From Bacteroidota bacterium (GTDB taxonomy: Bacteria; Bacteroidota; Bacteroidia; Chitinophagales; Chitinophagaceae), in NCBI GenBank assembly GCA_947460175.1, contig CANHGW010000007.1:15302-79301 (forward strand): a stretch of 64,000 nt of DNA, written 5' to 3'. The position numbers were made by a program, and so were the translations under genes. The notes below the pieces were generated by a model. That model saw nothing but the letters and a program-made list of their open reading frames with translations. It made no database searches and was not told the origin of the DNA. This document shows, piece by piece, positions 10,212 to 22,700 of this stretch (the stretch's first letter is position 1; each line of letters starts with the position of its first letter).

Positions 10212-10571
10212 TTAAACATAACTCACGACCATCTTTGTAATTACCATATCATCATTTATAGTAAGGTTTCCATAAGAATAAGAATCGTCAATTGAATTAT
10301 AAAATTTGAGGATTAACACATTACCTTTGAAATTAATTTCACTTAACTTGTACTTAAAATAAGGGAATTTTTCTCGCGCAAATTCCCAATATTTTCTTAA
10401 GGTTTCTTTACCTGAAATTGTACCATTTGATTCGTTTACGAATCTTAAAATATTAGAAGAAACGATTTCAACATCTTCTGTAAAATAATTTAAGAAATCA
10501 TTTATTTCTTGAGAATTCCAATCAGATTCTAATTGATAGGCAAATTTTTCAGCCGACTCTTGATTAAACAT
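10212..10571 (-). CDS. NTF2/SnoaL-like fold small protein
   Basis: 119 aa. Size and sequence pattern suggest an NTF2-like alpha+beta cone. Weak call. Confidence 0.35.
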   Translation of the reverse strand: MFNQESAEKFAYQLESDWNSQEINDFLNYFTEDVEIVSSNILRFVNESNGTISGKETLRKYWEFAREKFPYFKYKLSEINFKGNVLILKFYNSIDDSYSYGNLTINDDMVITKMVVSYV

Positions 10572-10613
10572 ATATCGAAAATAATCTATAAAATAGATAT
10601 AAAAAAACTAGTA

Positions 10614-12104
10614 TTAACTTTTTAATTCATCATCTAAATGCAATAAGTTATTATTCAGCCTTCGTTGAAAGATGAATTTATTATAATCAGTTGAATTTGA
10701 ATAAATTGGTATCATTGTAGCCAATTTTTGCTTCCAAGCATCCGTATTCATTTCATTTGTAAAACATTTTTTCAACACATCCAACATGGCTTTTACTGAA
10801 GTAGATGCACCTGGCGAAGCACCTAATAAAGCTGCAAGTGATCCATCTGCACTACATACCAATTCAGTACCAAACTCAAGCACCCCTCCTTTTTCAGGAT
10901 CATCTTTTATTACTTGCACTCGTTGTCCTGCAATCTTGATATCCCAATCCTCTAATTTTGCTTCGGGATAATATTCTTTTAATGCTTCTACTTTTTCCTC
11001 ATGAGACATGCTAACTTGTAAAATCAAATATTTCGTCAATTCTATATTATCCCATCCAGCTTGTAGCATTGGAATTACATTATCAAATTCAATGGACATT
11101 GGCAAATCAAAATAGGACCCATGTTTTAAAAACTTAGTTGAAAAGCCTGCAAATGGTCCAAACAACAATTCTTTTTTCCCATCTATCATTCTTGTATCGA
11201 GATGTGGTACACTCATAGGTGGTGCACCCACACTTGCCTTCCCATACACTTTCGCAGCATGCTGTTCTATCACTTCGGGATTATTACACACAAGCCATTC
11301 GCCACTTACTGGGAATCCACCATATCCTTTGGCTTCTTCTATATCTGACTTATCTAGTAATGGCAGTGATCCACCACCTGCTCCTAAAAATACAAAATCA
11401 GTATCGATGTATTTTTTCACACCATTTAATTCGTCTTTTACTTTCAATCGCCATTGGCCATTTTCTAACTTTTCTAAATCTCTTAATTCATGATTCAAAT
11501 GCAATGTTACATTTGGCAACGATTCGAGATAATTAAATAAAACCCTTGTAAGATTTCCAAAATTAACATCAGTTCCAATATCCATTTTAGTTGCTGCGAA
11601 TACTTCATCGGGCTTTCTTGATTGCATCACCAAAGGCATCCATTCAAGGAGTACATCATGATGATTCGAAAATCTCATTTCACTAAACAGTGGATGTGCT
11701 TGCATTAAGTGAGCTCTCCTTCTTAGGAAGTCAACATTTTCTTCACCCCATACGAAACTTATATGTGGGATATTATTGATAAATGACTCCGGATTTTCAA
11801 TAAAACGTTTACTCACTAAATAGGCCCAAAAAGATTTTGACATTTCAAATTGTGTTGCAATTTTCACAGCTTTAGATATATCAATTTGACCATTAATTTC
11901 AGGTGTATAATTCAACTCACAAAAGGCTGAATGGCCTGTGCCAGCATTATTCCATGCATCGCTACTTTCAGCTGCTACTTGATCCATTCGTTCGAAAAAT
12001 TCGATTTCAAATTCAGGATTTAATTCATTTAATAAGATACCCAATGTTGCACTCATGATGCCAGCACCAATTAGGGTTATGTGTTTCTTGTCTTTCTGTC
12101 GCAT
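10614..12104 (-). CDS. mqo: malate:quinone oxidoreductase
   Basis: N-terminal FAD fold ITLIGAGIMSATLG, about 500 aa, and conserved GASPGASTS near the C-terminus. Confidence 0.85.
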   Translation of the reverse strand: MRQKDKKHITLIGAGIMSATLGILLNELNPEFEIEFFERMDQVAAESSDAWNNAGTGHSAFCELNYTPEINGQIDISKAVKIATQFEMSKSFWAYLVSKRFIENPESFINNIPHISFVWGEENVDFLRRRAHLMQAHPLFSEMRFSNHHDVLLEWMPLVMQSRKPDEVFAATKMDIGTDVNFGNLTRVLFNYLESLPNVTLHLNHELRDLEKLENGQWRLKVKDELNGVKKYIDTDFVFLGAGGGSLPLLDKSDIEEAKGYGGFPVSGEWLVCNNPEVIEQHAAKVYGKASVGAPPMSVPHLDTRMIDGKKELLFGPFAGFSTKFLKHGSYFDLPMSIEFDNVIPMLQAGWDNIELTKYLILQVSMSHEEKVEALKEYYPEAKLEDWDIKIAGQRVQVIKDDPEKGGVLEFGTELVCSADGSLAALLGASPGASTSVKAMLDVLKKCFTNEMNTDAWKQKLATMIPIYSNSTDYNKFIFQRRLNNNLLHLDDELKS

Positions 12105-12127
12105 CTCAATAAATGTATTAATGTATA

Positions 12128-13420
12128 TTAAAAAAATCGTTTCCCAAATCTTGCAAATGCCTCTTGTTCTAAGGCCTCACGATGTGACGGATGAGCAATA
12201 TCTATCAAGGCGTAGGCCCGTTGTTTTAAGTTTTTGCCAAATAGATAGGCAATTCCGTATTCTGTAATTACATAGTGTACATGAGCACGAGTGGTTACAA
12301 CGCCTGCACCTGGTTTAAGAAAAGGTACAATTTTAGATTCCCCTTTATTAGTAGTACTAGACAATGCTATAATAGGCTTCCCACCTAACGATAAATTGGC
12401 CCCACGAATAAAATCCATTTGTCCACCTACCCCTGAATACTGGTAGGTTCCGATAGAGTCGGCGCATACTTGACCAGTAATATCTATTTCAATAGCAGAA
12501 TTAATAGCAACTACTTTTGGATTTTTGGCTATAATATAAGCATCATTTACATAATCAGATTCAAGAAATTCGAACTCAGGATGATCATTTATAAAAGCAT
12601 ATAGTTCTTTAGAACCTATTGCAAATGTAGTTACATTTTTTTGTCGATGCTTCTTCTTAAATCGATTGGTGATCACCCCTTTTTTGACTAAATCAATGAC
12701 ACCATTAGAAAACATTTCAGTATGGACTCCTAAATCTTTATGTCCTTCCAATTGTTCCATTACCGCATCAGGAATAGCACCAATACCCATTTGCAATGTA
12801 GATCCATCTTCGATTATTGAAGAGCAATGTTTGCCTATTTCAATATCGGCCGATGTAATTTTACTTTTGTAATCTACTACAGGCAATTCATCATTGACCT
12901 CTACGATAGCACTAAATTCACTCACATGCATCACGCCATCACCCAATGTTCTAGGCATTTGTGGATTCACCTGTGCAATAACATACTTCGAATTCCGTAC
13001 TGCAGATTTAGTAATATCGACCGATACACCTAATGAACAAAAACCATGTTTATCAGGTGGTGATACATGCACCAATGCCACATCCAGTTCTAAAATATGC
13101 TGGTTGAATAATCGGGGAATTTCACTTAAAAAAACAGGTATATAATCCCCACGATCATCATTAACTGCCTCTCTGGTATTGGCTGATACAAATAATGAAT
13201 TAAAATAAAAACTTGTAGGATATTGATCATTTAACAAATTCAACTCGCCCAATGTTGTCAGTGATATTATTTCAACTTGTTGTAGTTCAGATGCACGTTG
13301 CCCCAATGCTTTTGTAAGCACCATTGGAGTGGCAGCACTCCCTTGCACAAATACTCTATCACCTGATTTTATTTTACTTACTGCTTCTGCAGCACTTAAC
13401 GAATTGGGGTATCTTCTCAT
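12128..13420 (-). CDS. acetyl-CoA hydrolase/transferase family protein (4-hydroxybutyrate CoA-transferase-like)
   Basis: 430 aa with GIGAIPDAV and GVGGQMDFIRGA motifs typical of this family. Confidence 0.85.
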   Translation of the reverse strand: MRRYPNSLSAAEAVSKIKSGDRVFVQGSAATPMVLTKALGQRASELQQVEIISLTTLGELNLLNDQYPTSFYFNSLFVSANTREAVNDDRGDYIPVFLSEIPRLFNQHILELDVALVHVSPPDKHGFCSLGVSVDITKSAVRNSKYVIAQVNPQMPRTLGDGVMHVSEFSAIVEVNDELPVVDYKSKITSADIEIGKHCSSIIEDGSTLQMGIGAIPDAVMEQLEGHKDLGVHTEMFSNGVIDLVKKGVITNRFKKKHRQKNVTTFAIGSKELYAFINDHPEFEFLESDYVNDAYIIAKNPKVVAINSAIEIDITGQVCADSIGTYQYSGVGGQMDFIRGANLSLGGKPIIALSSTTNKGESKIVPFLKPGAGVVTTRAHVHYVITEYGIAYLFGKNLKQRAYALIDIAHPSHREALEQEAFARFGKRFF

Positions 13421-13592
13421 TTAAAAGGGTACTATTTTTAATTGGTAAATGACAAAATTAACTCATTGTTTATCATCTATGTTGATGAATTCTTTTTAGT
13501 TTTTATAAAATTTAATCAAATCTTAATCACTATTAAGTGTAATACTGAATGGTATGGAATTAAGAATAAAAAAAAAATTGTACGTTTGCCAT

Positions 13593-14417
13593 ATGGAAAA
13601 TTTAAATATTGCTAAACTCAACGAAACGGTTGCTTTTATTCAATCTAATACAACTACCAAACCTGTTGCTGGAATTATTCTTGGTAGCGGATTAGGCGGA
13701 TTGGTGAATGACCTAATAATAGAAACATCCTTAGCTTATGAAGATATCCCAAACTTCCCCGTTAGTACAGTAAAAGGGCATGGAGGCAAACTATTATTTG
13801 GCAGCCTGAATGGCAAAGAAGTAGTAATGTTAAGTGGACGATTTCATTACTACGAAGGGTATACAATGCAAGAAGTTACATTTCCAGTAAGAGTGATGAA
13901 AATGCTTGGAGCCGAATTACTAATGGTGTCGAATGCTGCTGGTGGTATGAATAGCCAATTCAAGGTGGGAGACTTAATGATTATCAATGATCATATCAAT
14001 TTATTTCCAGAGCATCCATTGCGTGGTAAAAATGATGAAAATATTGGACCTCGATTCCCTGACATGACAGAACCATACGAATTAGATTTAATTTCGAAAG
14101 CTAAAGAAATCGCAGCAAAAAATAATATCCTCGTGCATGAAGGCGTTTATATCGGCTTACAAGGCCCTACATTCGAAACTAAAGCTGAATATAAATACAT
14201 GCATATAATAGGTGGGGATACAGTAGGCATGAGCACGGTACCAGAAGTAATTGTTGCAAAGCACATGCATATGAAGGTATTTGGCATGAGCGTAGTTACA
14301 GACTTAGGAATACGTGAAGAGATGAATGTAATTACGCATGAAGAAGTATTGGAAGCTGCCAATGCAGCTGCACCAAAGATGGCTTTAATCTTTAAGGAAT
14401 TATTAGGACAAATCTAG
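13593..14417 (+). CDS. purine nucleoside phosphorylase (trimeric PNP family)
   Basis: GHGGKLLFG, SGRFHYYEGY, VSNAAGG and VGMSTVPEV motifs. Confidence 0.9.
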   Translation: MENLNIAKLNETVAFIQSNTTTKPVAGIILGSGLGGLVNDLIIETSLAYEDIPNFPVSTVKGHGGKLLFGSLNGKEVVMLSGRFHYYEGYTMQEVTFPVRVMKMLGAELLMVSNAAGGMNSQFKVGDLMIINDHINLFPEHPLRGKNDENIGPRFPDMTEPYELDLISKAKEIAAKNNILVHEGVYIGLQGPTFETKAEYKYMHIIGGDTVGMSTVPEVIVAKHMHMKVFGMSVVTDLGIREEMNVITHEEVLEAANAAAPKMALIFKELLGQI

Positions 14418-14423
14418 TCTAGA

Positions 14424-16433
14424 GTGTGTATTTTTGAAACCTTATCTTTCATCCGATTGAGGTTACACAATTATTCATATCATTTTGCTTTTGTTTTTAC
14501 AGTTTGCTTTCTTTTTTTAACTCAAAAAAGTGACGCTCAAGTATTTTCAAACAATAAGGTAGGAAATAGTATGCAGAGTGATCAAAAAATCATCTCAGAT
14601 ACGAACAATAAAAAACAAACTACTATTGATGACAAAGTCAAAATAGTATGTTTTACCATACATGATACCACAAAGCTGAAACCAGATACAAGTATTCATT
14701 TATTACATCGTAATCAACTCATAGGACTTTGGGATGTAGATTTAGGCAATACTGGATCATCTGTGAATTCTTTGCTTTTTACACCTGATGTTACTACTTC
14801 AATGCAATTAGGCATTAGGTCAATAAGGCCTTACCTTTTCAAATGGGATAGTTTAAAATTTTATAATACCACCAGACCATATACAGACGTTTATTACAGA
14901 TTAGGTAGTAAACAAGAACAAATGATTAACTTGTTTCATACTCAAAATATTTTACCTCGGTGGAATATAGCCGCCAATTATCATAAAACTGGTTCGCCAG
15001 GCTTTTACAAACTCCAACGAACAAATCATGATCATTTTGCATTAAACACCCATTATCAATCAATCAATTTACGATATGATTTAAAGGCAGCATTGATATA
15101 CAACAAAATGCAACAAGATGAAAACAGAGGAATAGTAGATGAACGTTTTCTAAATGATGCAAACTACAACGATAAACGATTAGTACCTGTGAATGCATTC
15201 AATGCTGAAGGCTCCACTAATCGGTCTTCTGTTACAAATTATTTTCGTTCTATATCATTTAATCTTCAACATCAGTATTTTATTGGCAAAGCTGACAGTG
15301 TAATGAATATTGACAGCACTGAAACTATTTATACATTTAAACCAATTATTGGCATCAAACATCGACTATATTCTACTTATAGTTATTACAGATATAAAGA
15401 CATGCTTCCTGATAGCTTACAATACAATGTATCCATACTACCCAATGACTCACTCTATTCAAAATACTTTTTGAATCAATTAGGCAATGCATTCTCGTTG
15501 ACAGGCGATATTCGATTTAAAGATAAAATTCTTCAATCAGAAGCAGGTTATGGAATAGAGATTGAAAGTCCTACCAACATGACCTATCACAATCGATTTG
15601 CTAATAATTATCTTTTTGCTCAAATTAATAAAGAAGCTACTATTCCAAATGAGTGGCTATATAAAGCATCATTGAAATTTTATTTTACTGGGAATGCTAT
15701 TGGAAATACATCATTAAACATTCAAGCAGGCCGCAATTTTTCAGATCGGACTGGAAATGTTCGAGCTGGTTTAGATTTTTGCATCAATTCACCTTCATAT
15801 ATTCAATCGAATTACGAATCCAATTATTTTATTACAAATACTTCTTTAAGCAAACAAAGTATTAATAAAGTATACATTCGTTATATTAATCAATATTTAA
15901 AAACACATATTGATTTAAATTATTTCGTTGTTGGGAATTATATTTATTTTGATACTTCCTCCACAAAAGCCCAACAATACAATAAAGCCATTTCAATATT
16001 ACAAGGCAAACTGAATAAAGAATTCACATTTAAAAAATTTCATTTAAGAAATGAACTTGTATTGCAAGGCGTACCAAATAATCCTGCTATTCATTTGCCA
16101 TGGCTTGCCGGAAGACATATCCTTTCATATCAAAATTTTATACTTAAGAAAAAACTACAAATAGCTACAGGATTAGAAACTCGATACAATACTGCTTATC
16201 AAACAGATGTATACAATCCATTGATATTTGGATTTGCGAGTCAGCAAAGTTATAAAATTGGCAATATTCCTCAATTCAATTATTTTTTCAATTTCAAGGT
16301 AAAACGATTTAGATCTTCAATTTCTTTTGATGAACTACAACAGTTTTTTGTTCGAAACAATCTTAATTACAAAGGTTATGCAGCGCAAAATTTTATTATC
16401 CGATTCGGATTTCATTGGGTATTTATAAACTAA
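14424..16433 (+). CDS. putative outer-membrane beta-barrel protein (porin-like)
   Basis: Signal peptide, alternating Y/N/S-rich beta-strand pattern and an aromatic C-terminal end (FHWVFIN). GTG start as listed. Confidence 0.4.
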   Translation: MCIFETLSFIRLRLHNYSYHFAFVFTVCFLFLTQKSDAQVFSNNKVGNSMQSDQKIISDTNNKKQTTIDDKVKIVCFTIHDTTKLKPDTSIHLLHRNQLIGLWDVDLGNTGSSVNSLLFTPDVTTSMQLGIRSIRPYLFKWDSLKFYNTTRPYTDVYYRLGSKQEQMINLFHTQNILPRWNIAANYHKTGSPGFYKLQRTNHDHFALNTHYQSINLRYDLKAALIYNKMQQDENRGIVDERFLNDANYNDKRLVPVNAFNAEGSTNRSSVTNYFRSISFNLQHQYFIGKADSVMNIDSTETIYTFKPIIGIKHRLYSTYSYYRYKDMLPDSLQYNVSILPNDSLYSKYFLNQLGNAFSLTGDIRFKDKILQSEAGYGIEIESPTNMTYHNRFANNYLFAQINKEATIPNEWLYKASLKFYFTGNAIGNTSLNIQAGRNFSDRTGNVRAGLDFCINSPSYIQSNYESNYFITNTSLSKQSINKVYIRYINQYLKTHIDLNYFVVGNYIYFDTSSTKAQQYNKAISILQGKLNKEFTFKKFHLRNELVLQGVPNNPAIHLPWLAGRHILSYQNFILKKKLQIATGLETRYNTAYQTDVYNPLIFGFASQQSYKIGNIPQFNYFFNFKVKRFRSSISFDELQQFFVRNNLNYKGYAAQNFIIRFGFHWVFIN

Positions 16434-16471
16434 CTTACACAATATTTCAAGCCCCATTTAGTTATAAAGTA

Positions 16472-17116
16472 ATGAAAAGTACAATTCTATGTTGGATACT
16501 TACATGTTTCATTGGCGAAGCGTTCGCACAAGCATCTAAAGCACCCTTAAAAAAATACATGTCTGATGAGACTAAAACTCAGTTAGCGAACGAGAACATG
16601 ACACCTGTTCAACGGGATTCGATGTCTGCAATGAAATACTCAGCTGTAAAGTATCCTTGTAATTATATGACTGAAAAGGAAAAAGAAGTCATTCATTATT
16701 TAAACCTTGCTCGCATGTATCCAAAATGGTTTGTTTATTTTTTCCTCAAACATCCTACAACAGAAAATGAAAAATCATTATACAAAACAATGATGGAAAT
16801 GAAAACAATACCTGAGCCACTCAAACCATCGAAGGATTTATTTGAAAGTGCAAAATGCCATGCAATATCAAGTGGCAAGGTTGGCTATGTAGGACATGAT
16901 AGAATCGCAGGTTGCAAAAGTAATTTCAGAGGGGAATGTTGCGATTATGGGGTTTACGCCCCTGCACAAATTGTATTAAGTTTATTGGTTGACGAAGGGG
17001 TGCCATCATTGGGTCATCGTTTTATATGTCTCTCCGATGGTTTTCAATCCGTAGGCATTAGCATTCAACCACATAAAAACTATGGAACAAATTGTGTACT
17101 TGATTTTGGATATTAA
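16472..17116 (+). CDS. CAP/SCP (cysteine-rich secretory protein) domain protein
   Basis: Signal peptide from the internal ATG at 16472. NLARMYP and GHRFICLS motifs are typical of YkwD/CAP domains. Confidence 0.55.
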   Translation: MKSTILCWILTCFIGEAFAQASKAPLKKYMSDETKTQLANENMTPVQRDSMSAMKYSAVKYPCNYMTEKEKEVIHYLNLARMYPKWFVYFFLKHPTTENEKSLYKTMMEMKTIPEPLKPSKDLFESAKCHAISSGKVGYVGHDRIAGCKSNFRGECCDYGVYAPAQIVLSLLVDEGVPSLGHRFICLSDGFQSVGISIQPHKNYGTNCVLDFGY

Positions 17117-18033
17117 GGCTTCTTTCCCTTGTAAACTACTATAGCCAATAATGTATTGTCATTTGAAATCGAAACACGATAAAATTGATTGATACCGAAT
17201 TCATTTAAATCGGCCAATTCATCCCATGTAGCATTTTGATTACGAAATGGATTCTTCTTCATGTATAATTTACCCTCATGCCCCATTAGTATACTTCCGT
17301 CTTGCATAAAGCAATAATCTTCTTCATTGGGTAATGTTTCTGTCAAAATAGGGTTTGTCACTTTTTGCCCCTTTTTAGATTTAGCTAAATTTTCCTTTGC
17401 GACAGTTCGAATCATCCAATGCAATGAATCCGATTTGTCAACATATACAATTTTACCTTTTGATCTAAGATTGTAAAACGTACGACCAACATTTGTTGCA
17501 ATCGTGTCAGCTGTTTTCTGAATATAATTTCGTTTCACTAAATAAAAAGGCTCGGGTAGCTCAAATGATAAAAATTCATTTTGAGAAATCCAATCATAAT
17601 AGCCTATTGATTTAAGTTCAGGCAATATGACTTGAGGTTTTTTACCTTTCATATCATACGTATAGAAATGCTGGGTAGTTTTATCTGATTCTACTTTCAC
17701 ACACGAAATACGTTCCATATCTGGTGTATACTTAGGTGAATATTCTGGCTCTTTTGTTTTGGTTATTCGTTTAGATTTTTTCTTTTCTATATCATAGCGA
17801 TATAGTTCTGTATTGCTAGTATCTATCGAACTCACATAAAACAACCACTTTCCATCCAATGTAAAATTGGGTTGATTATTATAGCCATTTGGTTTAGAAA
17901 TAATTTTTGGATTAAGTAGCTTGTAACCTTTTGGACTTCGTTGAATTTGAAATAGATACACAACGGTTTCTGGTAATTGTGCATATACATGTGATGCATA
18001 CAACAACATAAAAACTAAAAACACTTTTTTCAT
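17113..18033 (-). CDS. secreted TolB-like beta-propeller repeat protein
   Basis: Signal peptide and PD40-like repeats (NNQPNFTLDGKWLFYVS, EPEYSPKYTPD). Confidence 0.4.
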   Translation of the reverse strand: MKKVFLVFMLLYASHVYAQLPETVVYLFQIQRSPKGYKLLNPKIISKPNGYNNQPNFTLDGKWLFYVSSIDTSNTELYRYDIEKKKSKRITKTKEPEYSPKYTPDMERISCVKVESDKTTQHFYTYDMKGKKPQVILPELKSIGYYDWISQNEFLSFELPEPFYLVKRNYIQKTADTIATNVGRTFYNLRSKGKIVYVDKSDSLHWMIRTVAKENLAKSKKGQKVTNPILTETLPNEEDYCFMQDGSILMGHEGKLYMKKNPFRNQNATWDELADLNEFGINQFYRVSISNDNTLLAIVVYKGKKP

Positions 18034-18042
18034 AGTTCAAAT

Positions 18043-19674
18043 TTAATACAAATCTACAAATTCAAATTTCCCTCCATCAAAAAGTCCTTTATCACTTAGT
18101 TTCAACTGAGGAATAACTAGCAATGCCATAAATGACAAGGTCATAAAAGGAGCAGATAAATTACTACCCAACTGCTTTGCAGCATGATCTAATTCAGAAT
18201 ATTTCTCAGCTATAACCTCAGCCTTTTCATTACTCATTAAACCTGCTACAGGCAATGGCATCACATTGATAGTTTCATCATCTACCACTACAATACCTCC
18301 CTTACATTCAATCAAGGCATTCACAGCTTTACATATCATCTCATCATTCACACCTACACAAATGATATTGTGACTATCATGGGCAACTGTTGATGCAATA
18401 GCTCCTTTTTTCAGTCCCAAATGATGGATAAAAGCCTTTGCAATAGGTGCATTCGTATATCTATTAACTACGACCATTTTTAATACATCTTGATCTATAT
18501 CTGATACTATTTGTCCATGTTGAATTTTTGGCATTACCAACTTTGTACGCGTTATCAACTGACCATCCAATGCTTCAATCACCTTTATTGATTGAGGTTG
18601 CTCATTAATTTCAACAGCAAATTCATTGATTAATTTCGGATCACATGAAAACTGATTAATGCATTTTTCATCAACAGAATCAAATTTAACCTCCCCATTT
18701 TCATAACACACTACCCCATCAATGACTGTTTTACGAATAGTAAAATCAGCCAAATTATCAACTACTATAAAATCTGCTTTGTCACCTTCTCTTAACAAAC
18801 CTACATCTAAATTATAATGCAACACTGGATTTACACATGCGACCTTAAGTACTTTAAATATATCAATATCTTTGGCTAGCGCTCTTTTTACATGATTATT
18901 GATATGATGTAGTATTAATTCATCAGGATGTTTATCATCGCAACAAAACATTAGTTGGTTTTCATTATCATTAATAAGATCAACCAATACATCAAAATTT
19001 TTAGCCGCACTTCCTTCTCTGATTAATATTTTCATTCCATAGCTCAACTTCTCATACGCTTCGTCATATGTCACGCATTCATGATCGGTTGAAATCCCAG
19101 CATCGATATACTGTTTAGCATTTTCACCTCTTAATCCAGGAGCATGTCCATCGACAGGTTTATTGTATTTATGAGCAATGGCAATTTTTTTCATTACTTC
19201 TTCATCATGAAACAACACACCGGGATAATTCATCATTTCACTTAAGTAATAAATATCATCTCGTTGCATTAATTGTTCAATTCCATTGGAATCGATTATG
19301 GCACCAGCTGTTTCGAATCCAGTAGCAGGCACACATGACGGAGCTCCAAAATGAAACTTAAAGGGAACCTTTTTGGCGTTATGAATCATATATTCAACCC
19401 CCTCAATCCCACATACATTAGCGATTTCGTGAGGATCACTGATGGTTGCAACAGTGCCATGCTTCACCGCCATTCGAGCAAATTCAGAAGGAATAAGCAT
19501 TGAACTTTCTATATGAACATGCGCATCAATAAATCCTGGTAGAATGTATCCTTCACATGGAAGAGATGTTTCTTTTACAGATAAAATCCGATCATTTTCA
19601 ACAATAATTTCAGCTGGAAAAATTTGAGATGAATGCAAATCAACTAAATGATGTAATAATGTGGTTGTTGACAT
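18043..19674 (-). CDS. ade: adenine deaminase
   Basis: Amidohydrolase metal motif [12 protein letters not shown]. Length of about 540 aa and overall pattern fit adenine deaminase. The start could instead be at 19695. Confidence 0.85.
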   Translation of the reverse strand: MSTTTLLHHLVDLHSSQIFPAEIIVENDRILSVKETSLPCEGYILPGFIDAHVHIESSMLIPSEFARMAVKHGTVATISDPHEIANVCGIEGVEYMIHNAKKVPFKFHFGAPSCVPATGFETAGAIIDSNGIEQLMQRDDIYYLSEMMNYPGVLFHDEEVMKKIAIAHKYNKPVDGHAPGLRGENAKQYIDAGISTDHECVTYDEAYEKLSYGMKILIREGSAAKNFDVLVDLINDNENQLMFCCDDKHPDELILHHINNHVKRALAKDIDIFKVLKVACVNPVLHYNLDVGLLREGDKADFIVVDNLADFTIRKTVIDGVVCYENGEVKFDSVDEKCINQFSCDPKLINEFAVEINEQPQSIKVIEALDGQLITRTKLVMPKIQHGQIVSDIDQDVLKMVVVNRYTNAPIAKAFIHHLGLKKGAIASTVAHDSHNIICVGVNDEMICKAVNALIECKGGIVVVDDETINVMPLPVAGLMSNEKAEVIAEKYSELDHAAKQLGSNLSAPFMTLSFMALLVIPQLKLSDKGLFDGGKFEFVDLY

Positions 19675-19726
19675 ACCACAAAGATAATCAACCATCAGCT
19701 TATAAAAACATCTAGAATAGGGTCAA

Positions 19727-22700
19727 TTATTCTTTTGTCAATTTAATCACCTTTGAAGTTATTCCATCATGGATTAATACAGAATATATTCCTGTAGGCA
19801 ATTGCTCAATAGGGAGAGAAATCACCTTAGTTTCATTCAGTACCTCCAATGATGTATTATAAACTTGTTGACCAATAGAATTAATTATACGAATTTCATA
19901 GAATCCATCCGATTCATTTTTTACCATCAAATTGGTATATGAACCCGCTGGATTTGGATATAACTGAATATCACTATTTTCTTGATTACAATTAATCCGC
20001 AATGCTTTTTCAGGACTATATTGGTATTTAGAATCTATATCAACCATTTTAAGTCGATATACATACACTGCTGGATTAGGTTTAGTATCCATGTAAGAAT
20101 AATGTTGTATTCCTTCATTACCTGTAGAATAAACAGAAGCTATTGTTTCAAAATTAGTTGCAACCTTTCGTTCAATATTATAATGAGAAAAATTTACTTC
20201 GTCGTTTACTGTCCAATTAATTTTAGTGCTACAATCACTTTCATACACTACAAATTCTTTAAGAGTTACAGGTAGTGGCAATGTAGGATCTATTAAAGAC
20301 ATTGAGCGTAATCCTATATTATTCGGATGGAATTGTTCTACTTGGTCTTTCAATGGATTAACTTCTACTTCAAATTTCATATTGGAATACATGTTCAGTG
20401 TACTCAATTCATATTCAACTACAATCGTATCGGCACCGGGAAGTGGCTGATAACGTTTTGATTCAATCAATGATTTATTATTAAACCGATCATACATGTA
20501 AAATGAAATCAACATACTATCCATCGGAACATTTGTAAGATTTTCAATTGCTATTCTAATTCGTTTAGTGTTCGGCATACCTCCTTCCGATACTGAGTAC
20601 ATACTTGCAGGATTTAATGCTGCCTCTGGCATAGGAGTATAATAAATTCTCCAATATTTCATTTGCTCTGGCGTTCTAGCACGTTTGTCAGCATTCAACA
20701 TTTCTATTTTCAAGTAAGGGTATTGATTGGCATCGATAAAACTAAGCGAAGTATCGTTTTGAACTTTTGCAATCAATGTTTCGTTTTGATTTTTGCCTAT
20801 ACCATAAATTAAAAACATACTTTTATCATCCGAACCTTGATCCAATGTATATAGCGAGCGTTGAAAATCATTCCAAACAGATGCAGGGCCTATTTTTGGT
20901 GTTGTGATTGTACCTTCGGTTTGTAATATTTTATAATCAAATTCACCATACAATTTCACAGTAGCATCTGCACCTACATATTGCTTTACAGATGATGGCA
21001 CATTTTTTTGAGTCCAAAATATCATTGGTCGATTTTTATAAAATGAGTCAATGGTATTAAAGCCCATATTTTTCAATTTATGATAAAGTGAGACATTAGA
21101 ACCCAATGTCGTCGTATCTGTCTTCCAATGACGTATAAATGTAGAATTAATAATACCACAACCACTACCAACACACAAACGTGGCTGTATCATTACATAA
21201 TACCCTGCAGGTATTGAATCTATAAAATCCATGATGGTTTTTCGAGAAGCTGCAGATAAAAAACTAAATTCAAAAAATGGGTCTTCTTTGATTGAGCCAT
21301 TCGCTATACGACATGGATCAAAACTGCCATATTTACCCATTGCAACATTAATATCTGGTCGAGTATTCAACCATGGTTTCCCTGTCAATGTATCTATAAC
21401 AATAAATTGAAGACTTGAATATCCAGGATAAGGATCACATCCAAAAGTATACAATGTACTACCATTCATCTTTACTAAATATTCAGGCCAGATATAATTA
21501 AAAGGTACAGCCCCGTTCATACATACATTTTGTACTTGAAGCAACTTATTTGTGCTCGTATATGTAAATTGTCTCGATGCAGAATCCAAGTTGATTTTAG
21601 AATATTCATCTTTTTGAAATTGATAATAATGCGATTGATTCCAACCTGGCAAACTTTGATCAATGTAAATAAATGAACTAGTTGCCCAAATCGTTGGTCC
21701 ATTGTTGTTGCTTGTACGCCAGTAATAAACGACACTATCATTGTAAACCAATGTAGGTGTCCATTTAACCACACCACCTGCACTTGTTATAATTGATGAT
21801 TGTTTTATTGGACTATTAAATAATTCTGTTGTGTCTATTTCAAATGTATAGTCCATTACTTCTTCAAAAGGATTCAAGGTGGATGCTTTCAAAGTAATAC
21901 CTTGATTGCCTATAATGCTAAATTCAGTGGGATATACAGGTGTGATTCCACTGTTACGAATTACAAACGTTCTAGTAGAAGTGTTATTCGTCTCCGACAT
22001 TTCAGTTATTGCATTATATCTATCTATAGAAACGATCAATTGATTTGTACCTTTTCCTATATCTCCCATGATAGGCACTCTTAAATTCAATGGTAAATTA
22101 TTTGAAAAGCCCGGCACTTTTTGAACTAATAATGTTTTTTCAGTAAAATCATTCAATCTTCTTTTTACAACGATTTCAACACTATCAGAACTATACTTAC
22201 CTAAATTATTATATAAAACAGACACATCAAACGAATCCATAGCCAGCGACAAATCTGATTGCTTAATTACAATATCTTTTAATTCTATTGAATAATCAGG
22301 TAGTGTTGATGCTGCTAATCGTATAGCAGGATCGCCATTCAATAGAATTTGTTCTGCATGCATTTTGAAAAGAAAATCATTTTGAAAATTAGGTAGTGAA
22401 ATTAATGAGGTTATATTATTAATTAATTGTTCTCCAATACTTTGACCATACATACTCATTCCAATTCTTGCATACAATGAGTCGGTATAAAAACCTAAGT
22501 AACCTGAAAATCCAGTATTAACACTAGCTAAAAATCCAATTGCCCCTGCATTGGGTGTAAATAAAAAACGTTCACTTAAATATTTTTGACCTGTAAATAA
22601 AAATATATTTCCAGCACCACATCCATTAGCAATCATTAGAGGATACTTTTTATTGTTAGAATACTTTTCAGGAAAATCTAACCCATAATCAATTGTAGAT

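Noticed and set aside
11219-11536. Antisense ORFs inside long genes (for example 11219-11536, 12666-13145, 48461-49117, 50987-51298, 45388-46782).
   Set aside because: They are shadow ORFs opposite well-supported genes, with low-complexity or hydrophobic nonsense translations.
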